DNA of 32,000 bases, taken from positions 537,981-569,980 of the forward strand of contig NZ_CP194951.1 of NCBI RefSeq assembly GCF_030070105.2, in the 5' to 3' direction. The translations under genes were made by a program, and so were the position numbers. A model generated the notes under the pieces. The model did not search any database. It was not told where the DNA came from and saw only the letters and a list, made by a program, of their open reading frames with translations. Source of the DNA: Bermanella sp. WJH001 (GTDB taxonomy: Bacteria; Pseudomonadota; Gammaproteobacteria; Pseudomonadales; Oceanobacteraceae). Of the stretch, positions 18,648-28,990 are shown in pieces; the first letter of the stretch is position 1; every line of letters begins with the position of its first letter.

Positions 18648-18675
18648 ATCTAACATCTAACATCTAACATCTAAC
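18648..18675. repeat. Tandem heptamer array, (ATCTAAC)x4
   Basis: Four perfect copies ending 9 nt before the stop codon (TCA at 18685) of the TonB receptor gene; one base per unit differs from the GTCTAAC array. Confidence 0.95.
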
Positions 18676-18684
18676 ACGTCACGA

Positions 18685-20748
18685 TCAAAATACCAGTTTG
18701 GTACCCACTGAGAATATGGTCGGCAGTGATGTCACGTCTTCGGCCTCGGTATAGTCTTTGTTATAACTAATGTCACTTACGTTGGCGCGATTATATAAAT
18801 TGATGATTTCAAAATATAAGGTGCTGCGCCCTGATAAATCGTGATCAATACGGAAGTCTAAGCGATGATAAGCCGACAGACGTTGTGAGTTTGGTTTGCC
18901 TTCGATTGGGTCGTAAATGTAAGGGTCTGAATTACAACCGGCTTCGATGGTGCTGGAGTATTGTGGGTTACCGTTGCCATCTAGGCCACAACTATAAAAC
19001 GGCGTTGCACCGGTTATGGGTGTGACTAAGCTGCCACTTTGATAGCGCCATTTAAAGCCATACGAGGTTTTCTCGTTCTTTTGATAATTAGCCACTAGGT
19101 TAACAATCCAAGGGCGGTCAAGCTCGTAATCAATTTCTAGTCCAGAGTCTTCATTTTCACGCTTGGTTTTACTGTAGGCCACACTTAACCAGCCATACCA
19201 TTTATCGGTTAGATTTTTATTAATCAGTAATTCAAGACCATAGGCTGTGCCGTTAGCATTATTTAAATACGGTGGCGTGGTGTTTTTGGTGTTAGCAGCC
19301 ACAAGGTTATCAATGTCTTTGTAATATACTTCTAGCTTGGTGCTTAATGAGTCATCAATTTGGTGCTCAAAACCCACTACATAGTGGTTAGCAATGGGTT
19401 GTTTTAGGTCTGGGTTACCCAACTCTTTTGCAATAAAACGAAACTCACGAATAAACTGGCTATGACGACCAACGGCGGCAGTTAATGTCCAGCTGTCATT
19501 CAAGCTATAACGGCTGGAAATTCTAGGTTGTAGAAGTTGCTCTTCGTTAAAGTCGTTGTAGCTGTTACCTAAACCAAGGGTTACTTCTAGGTCTGGTGTC
19601 GCTAACCAGTCATAGGCCACAAATGTATAGAGCCCGTTGATGGTGAGTGAGTCTTCATTATCAAATACTTCACCCAGTGAAGCAGGTGGGCACTCATCGC
19701 CTACTTCATCATTACAAGGGGAGTACAGGCCGCTGGCGGTGTATTCAATTTCTGTGTTGCTCAGGTCAAAACCATAACGAAACGTGTCGCCATTATTAAG
19801 AGGCGTAAAGTAATAGTTTTTTAAGCGGTATTCGTAGTTGATGGCATCTAACTCAAATAATGTGCCCACAGAAAAACTCACGTCTTCTTCTTTACGACTT
19901 AAAGACAAGATAGTGGCGGTGCCACCATCCAAAACGGTATCAAACACGATGCCTTGGTTGTGATAATAGGTGTCGGCGTCTAGCCCGCCAGCAAGCGCCG
20001 GCTCACGAGCAAGGTCATCGGACTCAGGACCAAAGTCGATGCCCACGCTGTCGTTTGCACCGGTGGCAATAAAACGCAAATTTGAAACCGGGCTCATGCG
20101 CCATTGATATTTAAATTGATAGTCGCTGTTTTTAGGCACCTCAGTGAAGGTCAGCTCATCTTCATCCACAAAGTTTTCTACATAAAACTCTAATAAACTG
20201 CGGCGATAGGAAAAATAAAAGGCGCTGTCATCGCTTACGGCCCCTTCAACTAAACCACCTGCCCGTAAAAAACTTAAGTCTAATGTAGTGCGAATAGGTT
20301 CTTGGTATGGATCGCGCAGTTTTGTCGCTAAAACAGCACCAATGGCATTGCTGTATTCAGGCCCCCAAGCGCCTGCTTTAAGACTGAAGTCTTCGATGAT
20401 GTTGTCGTTATAGGTGCTTCCGCCGTCGTTATGGAAAACATAACCAACAGGCAAAAAGTCAGTGATATAAATATTATCGTTAGGGCTTGAGCCCCTTACA
20501 GCAGGAACACTAAATGGGCCGAATCCACCCAGTACAACACCAGGAAGGGCTTCTACGGCTTTTAAGGGGTCGTTGCCAGCACCTGGCACTTTTAATAGTT
20601 TCTCAGTGCTGATTTGCGGACCTTTGAGTTCGCTGCCACTGACATTAATGGTAGAAAGCTCAGCCACATCCTCATCAGAGGTTTGTGCATGGCTAAACAC
20701 ACTTAGAGCACTTAAAGACAATGCTGTGAGTAAAATAGAGCGATTCAT
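18685..20748 (-). CDS. TonB-dependent receptor (plug plus barrel)
   Basis: Signal peptide; plug-like 'LKAVEALPGVVLGGFGPFSVPAVRGSSPNDNIYITDFLPV'; C-terminal 'LYFEIINLYNRANV...GTKLVF' barrel end. Confidence 0.88.
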   Translation of the reverse strand: MNRSILLTALSLSALSVFSHAQTSDEDVAELSTINVSGSELKGPQISTEKLLKVPGAGNDPLKAVEALPGVVLGGFGPFSVPAVRGSSPNDNIYITDFLPVGYVFHNDGGSTYNDNIIEDFSLKAGAWGPEYSNAIGAVLATKLRDPYQEPIRTTLDLSFLRAGGLVEGAVSDDSAFYFSYRRSLLEFYVENFVDEDELTFTEVPKNSDYQFKYQWRMSPVSNLRFIATGANDSVGIDFGPESDDLAREPALAGGLDADTYYHNQGIVFDTVLDGGTATILSLSRKEEDVSFSVGTLFELDAINYEYRLKNYYFTPLNNGDTFRYGFDLSNTEIEYTASGLYSPCNDEVGDECPPASLGEVFDNEDSLTINGLYTFVAYDWLATPDLEVTLGLGNSYNDFNEEQLLQPRISSRYSLNDSWTLTAAVGRHSQFIREFRFIAKELGNPDLKQPIANHYVVGFEHQIDDSLSTKLEVYYKDIDNLVAANTKNTTPPYLNNANGTAYGLELLINKNLTDKWYGWLSVAYSKTKRENEDSGLEIDYELDRPWIVNLVANYQKNEKTSYGFKWRYQSGSLVTPITGATPFYSCGLDGNGNPQYSSTIEAGCNSDPYIYDPIEGKPNSQRLSAYHRLDFRIDHDLSGRSTLYFEIINLYNRANVSDISYNKDYTEAEDVTSLPTIFSVGTKLVF

Positions 20749-20844
20749 ATAGCGATCCTGCTATGTTTTTATTTTGCGCAGACTGTAACAAAAAACCAGC
20801 AAGGAAAGAACGCCTTGCTGGTGGGTTAATGAATATTTAATAAA

Positions 20845-21804
20845 TTAGATGGCGTTACGTAAGCCCAGTTCATAAGGGTGAGGGTTTAGGTATTTTTGTT
20901 TTCGTAAATAATTATCGTCATCTGTGTGTTTCTTAATGTGATGATTAAGTAATGTCAGAGGCACAACAATAGGCACCAAGCCAGTACGATACTGGTTAAC
21001 CAACTCTAGCATTTCTTGTTTCTCATCGGCACTTAAGTCGTTTTTAAGGTAGCCCTGCAAGTGCTGCAGAACATTGGTATTTTTTTTGCGATTAGCAATG
21101 TGCTTCAGGGCGTCCATAAACGTTGTAATGTAATCATGAGCAATTTCATTTAACGGTTTAGCTTTTAAGTTGCTTAATGACTGGCCAAGTATTTGGTAAC
21201 TTTGAATATGGTGTGCCATGAGTAAATATTTATAGCGCACATGGAAGTCTAATAAATTTTTAGAAGTGATGTTGCTGGCAACATTTTCTTGCCAGTCATG
21301 AAAGGCCATCACGCGGGTAATGAAATTTTCTCGGATCATGGCATCACTTAAACGCCCAGCTTCTTCTTTGGGCATCAAAGGCAGCAGACGATCTAGCTCA
21401 GCGGCGTATATACCTTGTGCTACTTCTAAAGGGTTTCCATTCTCATGATAAAGTTTGACGCGGGTGTAACCGCAACTTGGGCTTTTTTGCATAAAAATGT
21501 AGCCGCAACTATCTGTTAGTTGGCTTGCTTGGTGTTTGGCGTAATCTTTAAGTTGTTGAGTAAAGCGCACATTGTTGTCATCACTTAATGCGGCTTCTAT
21601 GCCCGTTTCATTATTACCAGATGTGGTGATTAAACGAATGGGTTTTCTAGGTACACCCATACCTATGCCCATTTCAGGGCAAATGGGGGTGTAATCAAAA
21701 TATTCTGATAAGACGTCCTCTAAGTAGCGAGAGCGCTTATGACCACCATTGTATCGGACTTTTTCACCCAGTAAGCAAGCACTGATGCCAACTTTAATTC
21801 CCAT
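20845..21804 (-). CDS. DUF523 plus DUF1722 (YbgA-like) two-domain protein
   Basis: 'GISACLLGEKVRYNGGHKR...CPEMGIGMGVPRKPIRL' (DUF523) and 'FHDWQENVASNITSKNLLDFHVRYKYLLMAHHIQSYQILG' (DUF1722). Confidence 0.88.
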   Translation of the reverse strand: MGIKVGISACLLGEKVRYNGGHKRSRYLEDVLSEYFDYTPICPEMGIGMGVPRKPIRLITTSGNNETGIEAALSDDNNVRFTQQLKDYAKHQASQLTDSCGYIFMQKSPSCGYTRVKLYHENGNPLEVAQGIYAAELDRLLPLMPKEEAGRLSDAMIRENFITRVMAFHDWQENVASNITSKNLLDFHVRYKYLLMAHHIQSYQILGQSLSNLKAKPLNEIAHDYITTFMDALKHIANRKKNTNVLQHLQGYLKNDLSADEKQEMLELVNQYRTGLVPIVVPLTLLNHHIKKHTDDDNYLRKQKYLNPHPYELGLRNAI

Positions 21805-22176
21805 TTTCTACTCCGAATATGCAGAATATATTGTGACTACCATAGTCTATTTCTGTGTAACTGTGTATTTGTACGCTTGTAATAATGGTTTGGACCTTTT
21901 TCGCTGACTTATCTTTATATGCATTAATTGTCAGTTTGTGTCTATTTTTTATCTATTAAGTGAATAAGGCTTGGTGTTTAATGAAGATGTAACATATTTC
22001 AGGGTGTGAGCAGGATTTTAAGAATATCAAGGCAGGTACACATAAGAATTTAGCTGAATTAGCTATAAGTATTACAGCTTTAATTATTTGTTAGTTTTTA
22101 TGGGGCTTGTCTTTGCAAACCGAGTTAAACCGGACTAGATATTTAATATAGGGTTTCATTTACTAGGTTGATTAAT

Positions 22177-22506
22177 ATGAGTCTAAGCAAGCAACAAAGC
22201 GCACAAGTACTATTTCAATTCGATTCATCGTTTGAAGTGAGTTATGTGAATTACTACCGTGGTAATGAATTAGCCGACCCCCAGCTTGTGGTGACACTAG
22301 AACGCGATAATGAGCGTCAGAGCTTTGCATTTATGCATCCTCATTTTAATGACGTTGACCGTAACTTAATCAGTGCTCAGGGCTTGGCGATTAGCTCTGT
22401 TAAGTTATCGCCTTTTGGTCAAAACCAAATTGAAGTGGCCGACTTAAAAGATGGCATTGTGTACTTCACCTCAAGAGTGGTCAAAAACATCACCCCAACT
22501 GCTTAG
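22177..22506 (+). CDS. Hypothetical protein
   Basis: ORF of 109 aa from Met 22177, followed by a strong terminator. Confidence 0.6.
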   Translation: MSLSKQQSAQVLFQFDSSFEVSYVNYYRGNELADPQLVVTLERDNERQSFAFMHPHFNDVDRNLISAQGLAISSVKLSPFGQNQIEVADLKDGIVYFTSRVVKNITPTA

Positions 22507-22525
22507 TTTAGATTTGAGCTTAATT

Positions 22526-22555
22526 AAAAAACCAAGACGAGTTCTTGGTTTTTTT
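22526..22555 (+). terminator. Rho-independent terminator
   Basis: AAAAAACCAAGA-loop-TCTTGGTTTTTT stem with T-tract. Confidence 0.8.
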
Positions 22556-22623
22556 GTGCCTGTAAAAAGTGGGAAGGAGGTATTACATATTAAAAACACC
22601 GGTGGACAGCACCACTGTCACAC

Positions 22624-22824
22624 AATTTGATCATAAAAACGTTTATCCCCGACGCGCGAAGCGCTTTGATCGGGGACCTATTTTTACTTTTGTGAAGAAT
22701 CTGAGTGTTTCATCAGGCAGGTTAAGGGATTGCCCCCGCTTTGGCTGCGTCGCTTTTCGCGTCGAGGGGGCGTTGAATCTCGGTTGAAGATCACACTACG
22801 GGGCCGCAGTGCAGTCTACTGTGG
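22624..22824. repeat. Dispersed structured intergenic element, copy 2
   Basis: See copy 1 at 1889-2080. Contains CCCCGA...TCGGGG (22647-22675) and GCCCCC...GGGGGC (22732-22771) hairpins. Confidence 0.75.
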
Positions 22825-22852
22825 CTTTATATGAGGTAGAACAAAATTCAGC

Positions 22853-23269
22853 TTAGTGAAGCTGTAAAACCAGTGCTGCTTTTTCGCAATAGTCTTTTTG
22901 TTTGGTGTCGTTTTTCTGTTTACTTTGGCTGGATTTAATCCAAATGTAGCTCGAAGATTTGCCTTTACACATTTCTAAACCTAATACCGAGTTTTTCGAT
23001 TTTACAAAGAGGTTCATAGTGATCTCACCGCGGCCCATGGTGCGCAAGTGCATTTTTTTAGGTGAAAGAGTGTATGACTTAATACCGCTGCGGCCATTCA
23101 CACTGATGGTTTTTCCTGGAGGGGCGTTGACCCACTCAGCATCATCGCGAATCTCGATGCTTGTCCAACTGCTGTCAGTGGAAACAGAAAGCTCGTATAT
23201 GGTGTCATTACCTTCAGCTGCCATGGCTGAGGTGCTTAACAGGGCTAAGAAAAGCCATATTCCCTTCAT
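22853..23269 (-). CDS. Hypothetical secreted protein
   Basis: MKGIWLFLALLSTSAMAAEGN signal peptide; AAGGA RBS spaced correctly for start 23269. Confidence 0.6.
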   Translation of the reverse strand: MKGIWLFLALLSTSAMAAEGNDTIYELSVSTDSSWTSIEIRDDAEWVNAPPGKTISVNGRSGIKSYTLSPKKMHLRTMGRGEITMNLFVKSKNSVLGLEMCKGKSSSYIWIKSSQSKQKNDTKQKDYCEKAALVLQLH

Positions 23270-23388
23270 ATTTATTATCCTTGGCATTTATACCTATTAA
23301 AAATTTAGGTAAAGAAGGGCATTTCGTCAAATGGGTGGATTTCGCCATTCTCATTAAATGTGGATGAGAATGGCGAATACATGAATGT

Positions 23389-24762
23389 TTATAAGTGCGT
23401 TTCTGCGTATTCCGCCAATGCAGATCTTGGCACCCCTTGAAGTTCTATACCACCACCTAACGAGAAACCTTTAAAGCGTTCGTTAAGGTAGGTGAGGCCA
23501 GAGCTGGTTGCATTTAAGTATGGCGTGTCGATTTGGGCTAAGTTACCCAAACACACCACTTTAGAACCAGCACCGGCTCGAGTGATTATGGTCTTCATTT
23601 GGTGTGGGGTTAGATTTTGGCTTTCATCAATTATGATGAGGCTTTTTTGAAAGCTGCGCCCTCGAATATAATTGAGGGATTTAAAGTGCAGCGGCACTTT
23701 TTGTAAAATGTAATCAATGCTGCCATGGGTGCTTTCATCTTCCATGTGAAGGGCTTCAAGGTTATCTGTGATTGCACCCAACCAAGGCTCCATTTTTTCG
23801 GCCTCAGTTCCGGGTAAAAAACCAATGTCTTCATCTAGGCCGCGCACACTTCGGGTGGCAATGATGCGTGTATAGCGATTTTGTGAAACGGTCATATCAA
23901 TGGCCGCAGCCAGTGCCAATATGGTTTTACCTGAGCCTGCGGCACCGGTTAAATTCACTAGATGAATGTCTGGATCCAGTAGTAAATCCAGTGCAACGGC
24001 TTGGTAAATATCACGTGGCGTTAACCCCCACGCTTGTTGTTGCATTAAGTGATCGCGTGAGCGATCCCATAGGGTGACAATCTTATCGTCCATATCACAA
24101 ATTCGTGCAACAAATCCTTGTTCATCAATAATGTATTGATTAATGAACACATCTTTTGATAACTCTTCTCGTGCAATTTTATGAACGGTGCGGCCAGGCT
24201 CGTGTGCGGTTTCAACTTTATTTATGGTGTCCCAAAAACTATTTTTAAATTCGTGGAAACCTTTTGTGAGTGATTCAATATCACTGACCAGCTGGTCATT
24301 GTGATAATCCTCTGCTGCAATACCACAACCACGCGCTTTAAGTCGCATGTTGATATCTTTAGTGACCAGTACAATTTGTGTTTTAGGTCGCTGCTGCTGT
24401 AAAAAAATCAAACTATTGATGATTTTGTTATCATTTAAATCGTTAGGTAAAACAGTGCTTTGTTGAACAGGTTTATCCATTAACACACTTAAAAAACCGT
24501 GTTTTTCACCCGCTGCGGGCATGGCGACACCATCGCTAATTTCTTCAGGGCTGGCTTCGCCTAAAATTTTATCGATATTGCGAATGGCTTGTCGGCATTC
24601 CATGGAAACGCCAGACTTTGAAAGTTTAAGGTGGTCGAGTTCTTCTAACACGGTCATGGGGATGACCACTTGATGTTCTTCAAAATTAAATATTGCGGAG
24701 GGGTCGTGAATTAAAACATTAGTATCAATAACGTAAGCTTTGGTACGACGGCGGTTGGGCAT
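23389..24762 (-). CDS. PhoH-family protein with N-terminal PIN domain (PhoH2/YlaK-like)
   Basis: PIN 'AYVIDTNVLIHDPSAIFNFEEHQVVIPMTVLEELDHLK'; PhoH Walker A 'LVNLTGAAGSGKTILALA'; Walker B 'SLIIIDESQNLTPHQMKTIITRAG'. Confidence 0.93.
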   Translation of the reverse strand: MPNRRRTKAYVIDTNVLIHDPSAIFNFEEHQVVIPMTVLEELDHLKLSKSGVSMECRQAIRNIDKILGEASPEEISDGVAMPAAGEKHGFLSVLMDKPVQQSTVLPNDLNDNKIINSLIFLQQQRPKTQIVLVTKDINMRLKARGCGIAAEDYHNDQLVSDIESLTKGFHEFKNSFWDTINKVETAHEPGRTVHKIAREELSKDVFINQYIIDEQGFVARICDMDDKIVTLWDRSRDHLMQQQAWGLTPRDIYQAVALDLLLDPDIHLVNLTGAAGSGKTILALAAAIDMTVSQNRYTRIIATRSVRGLDEDIGFLPGTEAEKMEPWLGAITDNLEALHMEDESTHGSIDYILQKVPLHFKSLNYIRGRSFQKSLIIIDESQNLTPHQMKTIITRAGAGSKVVCLGNLAQIDTPYLNATSSGLTYLNERFKGFSLGGGIELQGVPRSALAEYAETHL

Positions 24763-25000
24763 TCAGCACTCCTTTTAGCGAACGCGCAGGCGATGCGTAA
24801 ACCGTAAGCGACTACCTTCTGCTTTAGGCGTGGGCCATTTTGGTATTAGCAGCCCTGTGAGTTCGAAATGAACTTGCACTTCCATTCAACTGGTATTTGT
24901 CGTGCTTGGCAACGATTTTTTTCGCTTTTTTATCTCCTTTTATATCGCATTAAATAATTTAGAAAGCTTACGCCAACGTCTGGTTTATTGTGAATAGCGT

Positions 25001-25714
25001 TTAATGCACACGAATGCGAATACTAGATTGATCTGAAAAACGAATATTACTGACGACCACATCACCCAAGGTGCGACCGGATTGATCGCCCTTAACGCGT
25101 AGATTACGAAAAGCAATTTCTTCAATTTCACTAGGCAGTGCCAATTCAATACTGCCGTCTGCGTTCAGCTTGGTTTGTTTGTTGGTATTTTGTTTAACCC
25201 CTTTGATGGTGATGTCCGCATCTAACACACTGGCAATAGGGTTTAGCAGTGTGGCTAGCTCATCGAGAGCACCAAGGTTGTTTTCATCACTAATATCGCC
25301 ACCTTGTGCTTGGTCTATTAGGTTGTTAAAGGCGTCTTGGGCATTTTGAAAACCTTGGCCATCAATGCTGGCTAATTCATCGTCATCAAGTGCTTTTAGG
25401 CCTTGATACTGACTCATTAAGGACGAACTTGTGGCTTCGTTTTGAGATGAATTAGATTGACTCGCAAATGCACCAAATGACATGGGGCCAAGGAGTACGG
25501 CAATCATCGCGGCCCATAGGCGGTGGCGATTTTGTTTCTTCAGGGCTTTTTTAAGTTGGCGCTCGGTTAAGATGCCTTGCTCAATTAGCGCTTCACCCAA
25601 GCGTAAGCCTGAAGTGAGCTGAGATTTAAGGGCGGTATCAAGTTGTAGTTGAGTAATTAATCCCTTTTTGATTAATAACGATCCGAGGCGGCTCTTTTGA
25701 ATGTGGTCGGTCAT
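25001..25714 (-). CDS. MshEN (c-di-GMP-binding-like) domain fused to TM helix and exported C-terminal region with LDDDELASIDGQG motif
   Basis: Start moved to MTDHIQKSRLG at 25714. Two 24-residue motifs RLGSLLIKKGLITQLQLDTALKSQ and RLGEALIEQGILTERQLKKALKKQ separated by LTSGL, then the hydrophobic stretch 'LWAAMIAVLLGPMSFGAFA'. Confidence 0.8.
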   Translation of the reverse strand: MTDHIQKSRLGSLLIKKGLITQLQLDTALKSQLTSGLRLGEALIEQGILTERQLKKALKKQNRHRLWAAMIAVLLGPMSFGAFASQSNSSQNEATSSSLMSQYQGLKALDDDELASIDGQGFQNAQDAFNNLIDQAQGGDISDENNLGALDELATLLNPIASVLDADITIKGVKQNTNKQTKLNADGSIELALPSEIEEIAFRNLRVKGDQSGRTLGDVVVSNIRFSDQSSIRIRVH

Positions 25715-26106
25715 GAAAGGTCCTGTGGATAAAACGCCAAAAACGAATAAATATTGAACGTATATTGATTTTGGTTGGGGAGAGAGGCACCCGCAAGCAC
25801 GGGTAATTGACACATGGCATGTCGAGTGCGCGTAGCTTTTCTAAGTATTTGATTTGTATCAGGTAATGAGGTTTAGGCATGCTTAAGCTTTTATTGAGTA
25901 CACTTGTGCTAGTGGCTTATTAGGCAGAATTAATGAGGCAGATAGTAAGATTTAATGGTGCGTTTTATGAAACAGCCCATATAGTGATAAAGGCTCAAGC
26001 TTTACAGATTTTTTTGCTATAGTGCCGCCCTTGTTCTGCTAAGCTCATTGAAAATTGCCAAAAGCAATTTGGAATAATGATCTTATTGCCAAATTGTTTT
26101 GATTAA

Positions 26107-27069
<963 letters not shown>

Positions 27070-27084
27070 CCGAAGCATCAGTTA

Positions 27085-27112
27085 AAAAAGCGAGCTTAGG
27101 CTCGCTTTTTTT
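27085..27112 (+). terminator. Rho-independent terminator after trxB
   Basis: AAAAAGCGAGC-TTAG-GCTCGCTTTTTTT. Confidence 0.88.
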
Positions 27113-27121
27113 ATGTCTCAA

Positions 27122-27397
27122 TTAAAGGCCTTCTAGTTTGATGAGGTGCAGGCCATGGCGGCTTTCAAGTGGGCCAATGACATCGCCGATGTTCGCTTCG
27201 TTTAGAGCCTCAAGAATCGATTGAGGTAACACCGACTGATCCAGTTTCCCCCAGTCGCCACCATTGCTGCCACTTGGGCAGGCACTGTGTTCACGAGCAA
27301 GCTGCGCAAAGTCAGCCCCTTGATTGATCGCCTGAAGAATGGGTTCTACTAATAAAGGGGTTTTTAATAAAATATGCTTTGCTTCCATGATTTTCAC
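27122..27397 (-). CDS. Parvulin-type (PpiC-like) peptidyl-prolyl cis-trans isomerase
   Basis: 'AKHILLK...GADFAQLAREHSACPSGSNGGDWGKLDQSVLPQSILEAL...IGDVIGPLESRHGLHLIKL'. Confidence 0.9.
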   Translation of the reverse strand: MKIMEAKHILLKTPLLVEPILQAINQGADFAQLAREHSACPSGSNGGDWGKLDQSVLPQSILEALNEANIGDVIGPLESRHGLHLIKLEGL

Positions 27398-27513
27398 TCA
27401 AGGGCGGTTCATTTACAGTCTAGACTATTAACACAAGGTTCAAGTAGGTAGAATGCGTCGCCCACGAGGCAGTCGTTACTGCCAATAAAGATCATGAGTA
27501 TTAGGGGGAGTAC

Positions 27514-27801
27514 ATGGCTCGAGGTGGATTTCGTCGCAACAAGGTTCAAAAGCAACAAGGTAAGGGTGAGTTACAGGCCGTTACCAGCGAAGGTCCCTTC
27601 ATAGAGTGGGTAGGCAAACCTGAATACTATCGTCATCAACTGACCATTGATGGCAGCCAGTACCGTTACGAAAGCGACAGTACAGACTTAGGCGTAGCCA
27701 TTGGTGATATGGTGGTGTTTCGCTTTGTTGATCATGCGGATGGTTTAATCGTCGATCGTCGCTCTTTAGGCAAGTGGATCGACCCTGCCAGTTTTTCATA
27801 A
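27514..27801 (+). CDS. Hypothetical small basic/acidic-mix protein, possible nucleic-acid-binding
   Basis: 95-aa ORF with GGGGGAG RBS; MARGGFRRNKVQKQQGKG N-terminus; bounded by bidirectional terminator. Confidence 0.6.
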   Translation: MARGGFRRNKVQKQQGKGELQAVTSEGPFIEWVGKPEYYRHQLTIDGSQYRYESDSTDLGVAIGDMVVFRFVDHADGLIVDRRSLGKWIDPASFS

Positions 27802-27822
27802 TCTGAAAAACTTACGAGCATA

Positions 27823-27851
27823 AAAAAACGCCAGCTTAGCTGGCGTTTTTT
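27823..27851. terminator. Bidirectional Rho-independent terminator between convergent genes
   Basis: AAAAAACGCCAGC-TTA-GCTGGCGTTTTTT. Confidence 0.88.
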
Positions 27852-27869
27852 GTGTCACTTGATCAGGCA

Positions 27870-28118
27870 TCAATTTGGTAGCGTGATATTCAGCTCAAGC
27901 ACGGATAACTGTTCATGGTTATCAATTTGAACATTGATGTCTTCGTCACCAACATTCACGTATTTTGAAACAACCGCCATGATTTCACGCTGTAATGCCG
28001 GCAGGTAGTCAGGTGCATTGCGTTGGTTACGCTCGTGGGTGACCAAAATCTGTAAGCGTTCTTTTGCAACAGATGCGCTTTTAGGCTCTTCGTTTTTAAA
28101 TAGTCCAAGTAGTCCCAT
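27870..28118 (-). CDS. minE: Cell division topological specificity factor MinE
   Basis: 'SASVAKERLQILVTHERNQRNAPDYLPALQREIMAVVSKYV'; adjacent to minD. Confidence 0.95.
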   Translation of the reverse strand: MGLLGLFKNEEPKSASVAKERLQILVTHERNQRNAPDYLPALQREIMAVVSKYVNVGDEDINVQIDNHEQLSVLELNITLPN

Positions 28119-28119
28119 G

Positions 28120-28926
28120 TTAGCCTCCGAATACGCGTGCCAAGAAGCCTTTTTTCTGAGCTTCTAGGAATCGGTGAGGGATGTCTTGGCCAATTAAGCG
28201 CTTCACTGCATCGCTGTATGCTTGGCCGGCATCACTGGTGTTTTCTAAAATAACCGGTGTGCCTTGGTTGGATGCTTTTAGTACATCTTGTGATTCAGGG
28301 ATCACACCTAATAAATCCACCGCTAAAATGTCTTCAACATCGGTGACACTTAGCATCTCACCTTCGGTGACACGTTTAGGGTTATAGCGAGTGAGCAATA
28401 GATGTTCTTTAACTTGCTCACCGTTTTCAGCTTTACGGCTTTTGCTTTGCAAAATACCAATGATGCGATCGCTATCACGCACTGAACTGACTTCTGGGTT
28501 GGTCACTATGATGGCTTCATCCGCAAAGTACAGTGCCATTTGAGCCCCTTGCTCAATACCGGCTGGGCTGTCACAAATGATGTAATCAAAGTCTTTACTG
28601 AGTTCATTTAACACGCGCTCAACCCCTTCACGGTTAAGGGCGTCTTTATCTCGAGTTTGTGATGCAGGCAGCACATATAGGTTTTCAGTGCGTTTGTCTT
28701 TAATAAGGGTTTGTTTGAGGTTGGACTCACCGTTAATCACGTTTACGAAGTCATACACCACGCGGCGCTCACAACCCATAATCAAATCTAGATTACGTAG
28801 ACCCACGTCAAAATCAATGACCACAGTTTTATAGCCATTTAGAGCAAGCCCCGTGCTGATTGCTGCGCTTGTGGTGGTTTTACCCACACCACCTTTGCCT
28901 GAGGTTACTACGATGATTTTAGACAT
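28120..28926 (-). CDS. minD: Septum site-determining ATPase MinD
   Basis: Deviant Walker A 'VVTSGKGGVGKTTTSAAISTGLAL'; 'VIDFDVGLRNLDLIMGCERRVVYDFVNVINGE'; C-terminal amphipathic helix. Confidence 0.98.
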   Translation of the reverse strand: MSKIIVVTSGKGGVGKTTTSAAISTGLALNGYKTVVIDFDVGLRNLDLIMGCERRVVYDFVNVINGESNLKQTLIKDKRTENLYVLPASQTRDKDALNREGVERVLNELSKDFDYIICDSPAGIEQGAQMALYFADEAIIVTNPEVSSVRDSDRIIGILQSKSRKAENGEQVKEHLLLTRYNPKRVTEGEMLSVTDVEDILAVDLLGVIPESQDVLKASNQGTPVILENTSDAGQAYSDAVKRLIGQDIPHRFLEAQKKGFLARVFGG

Positions 28927-28990
28927 GTGCTGAACTCGCTTAAGCAGTGAACATCCTGCTTTATATTAATTATTGTCTGGTGAGTATTTA

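Noticed and set aside
24855-24955. Good AAGGAG sequence on the minus strand followed by an open frame KKAKKIVAKHDKYQLNGSASSFRTHRAANTKMAHA
   Set aside because: No ATG/GTG/TTG start exists at suitable distance in that frame, so I cannot support a CDS. It may be a decayed small gene or chance, and is worth a protein-level search only.
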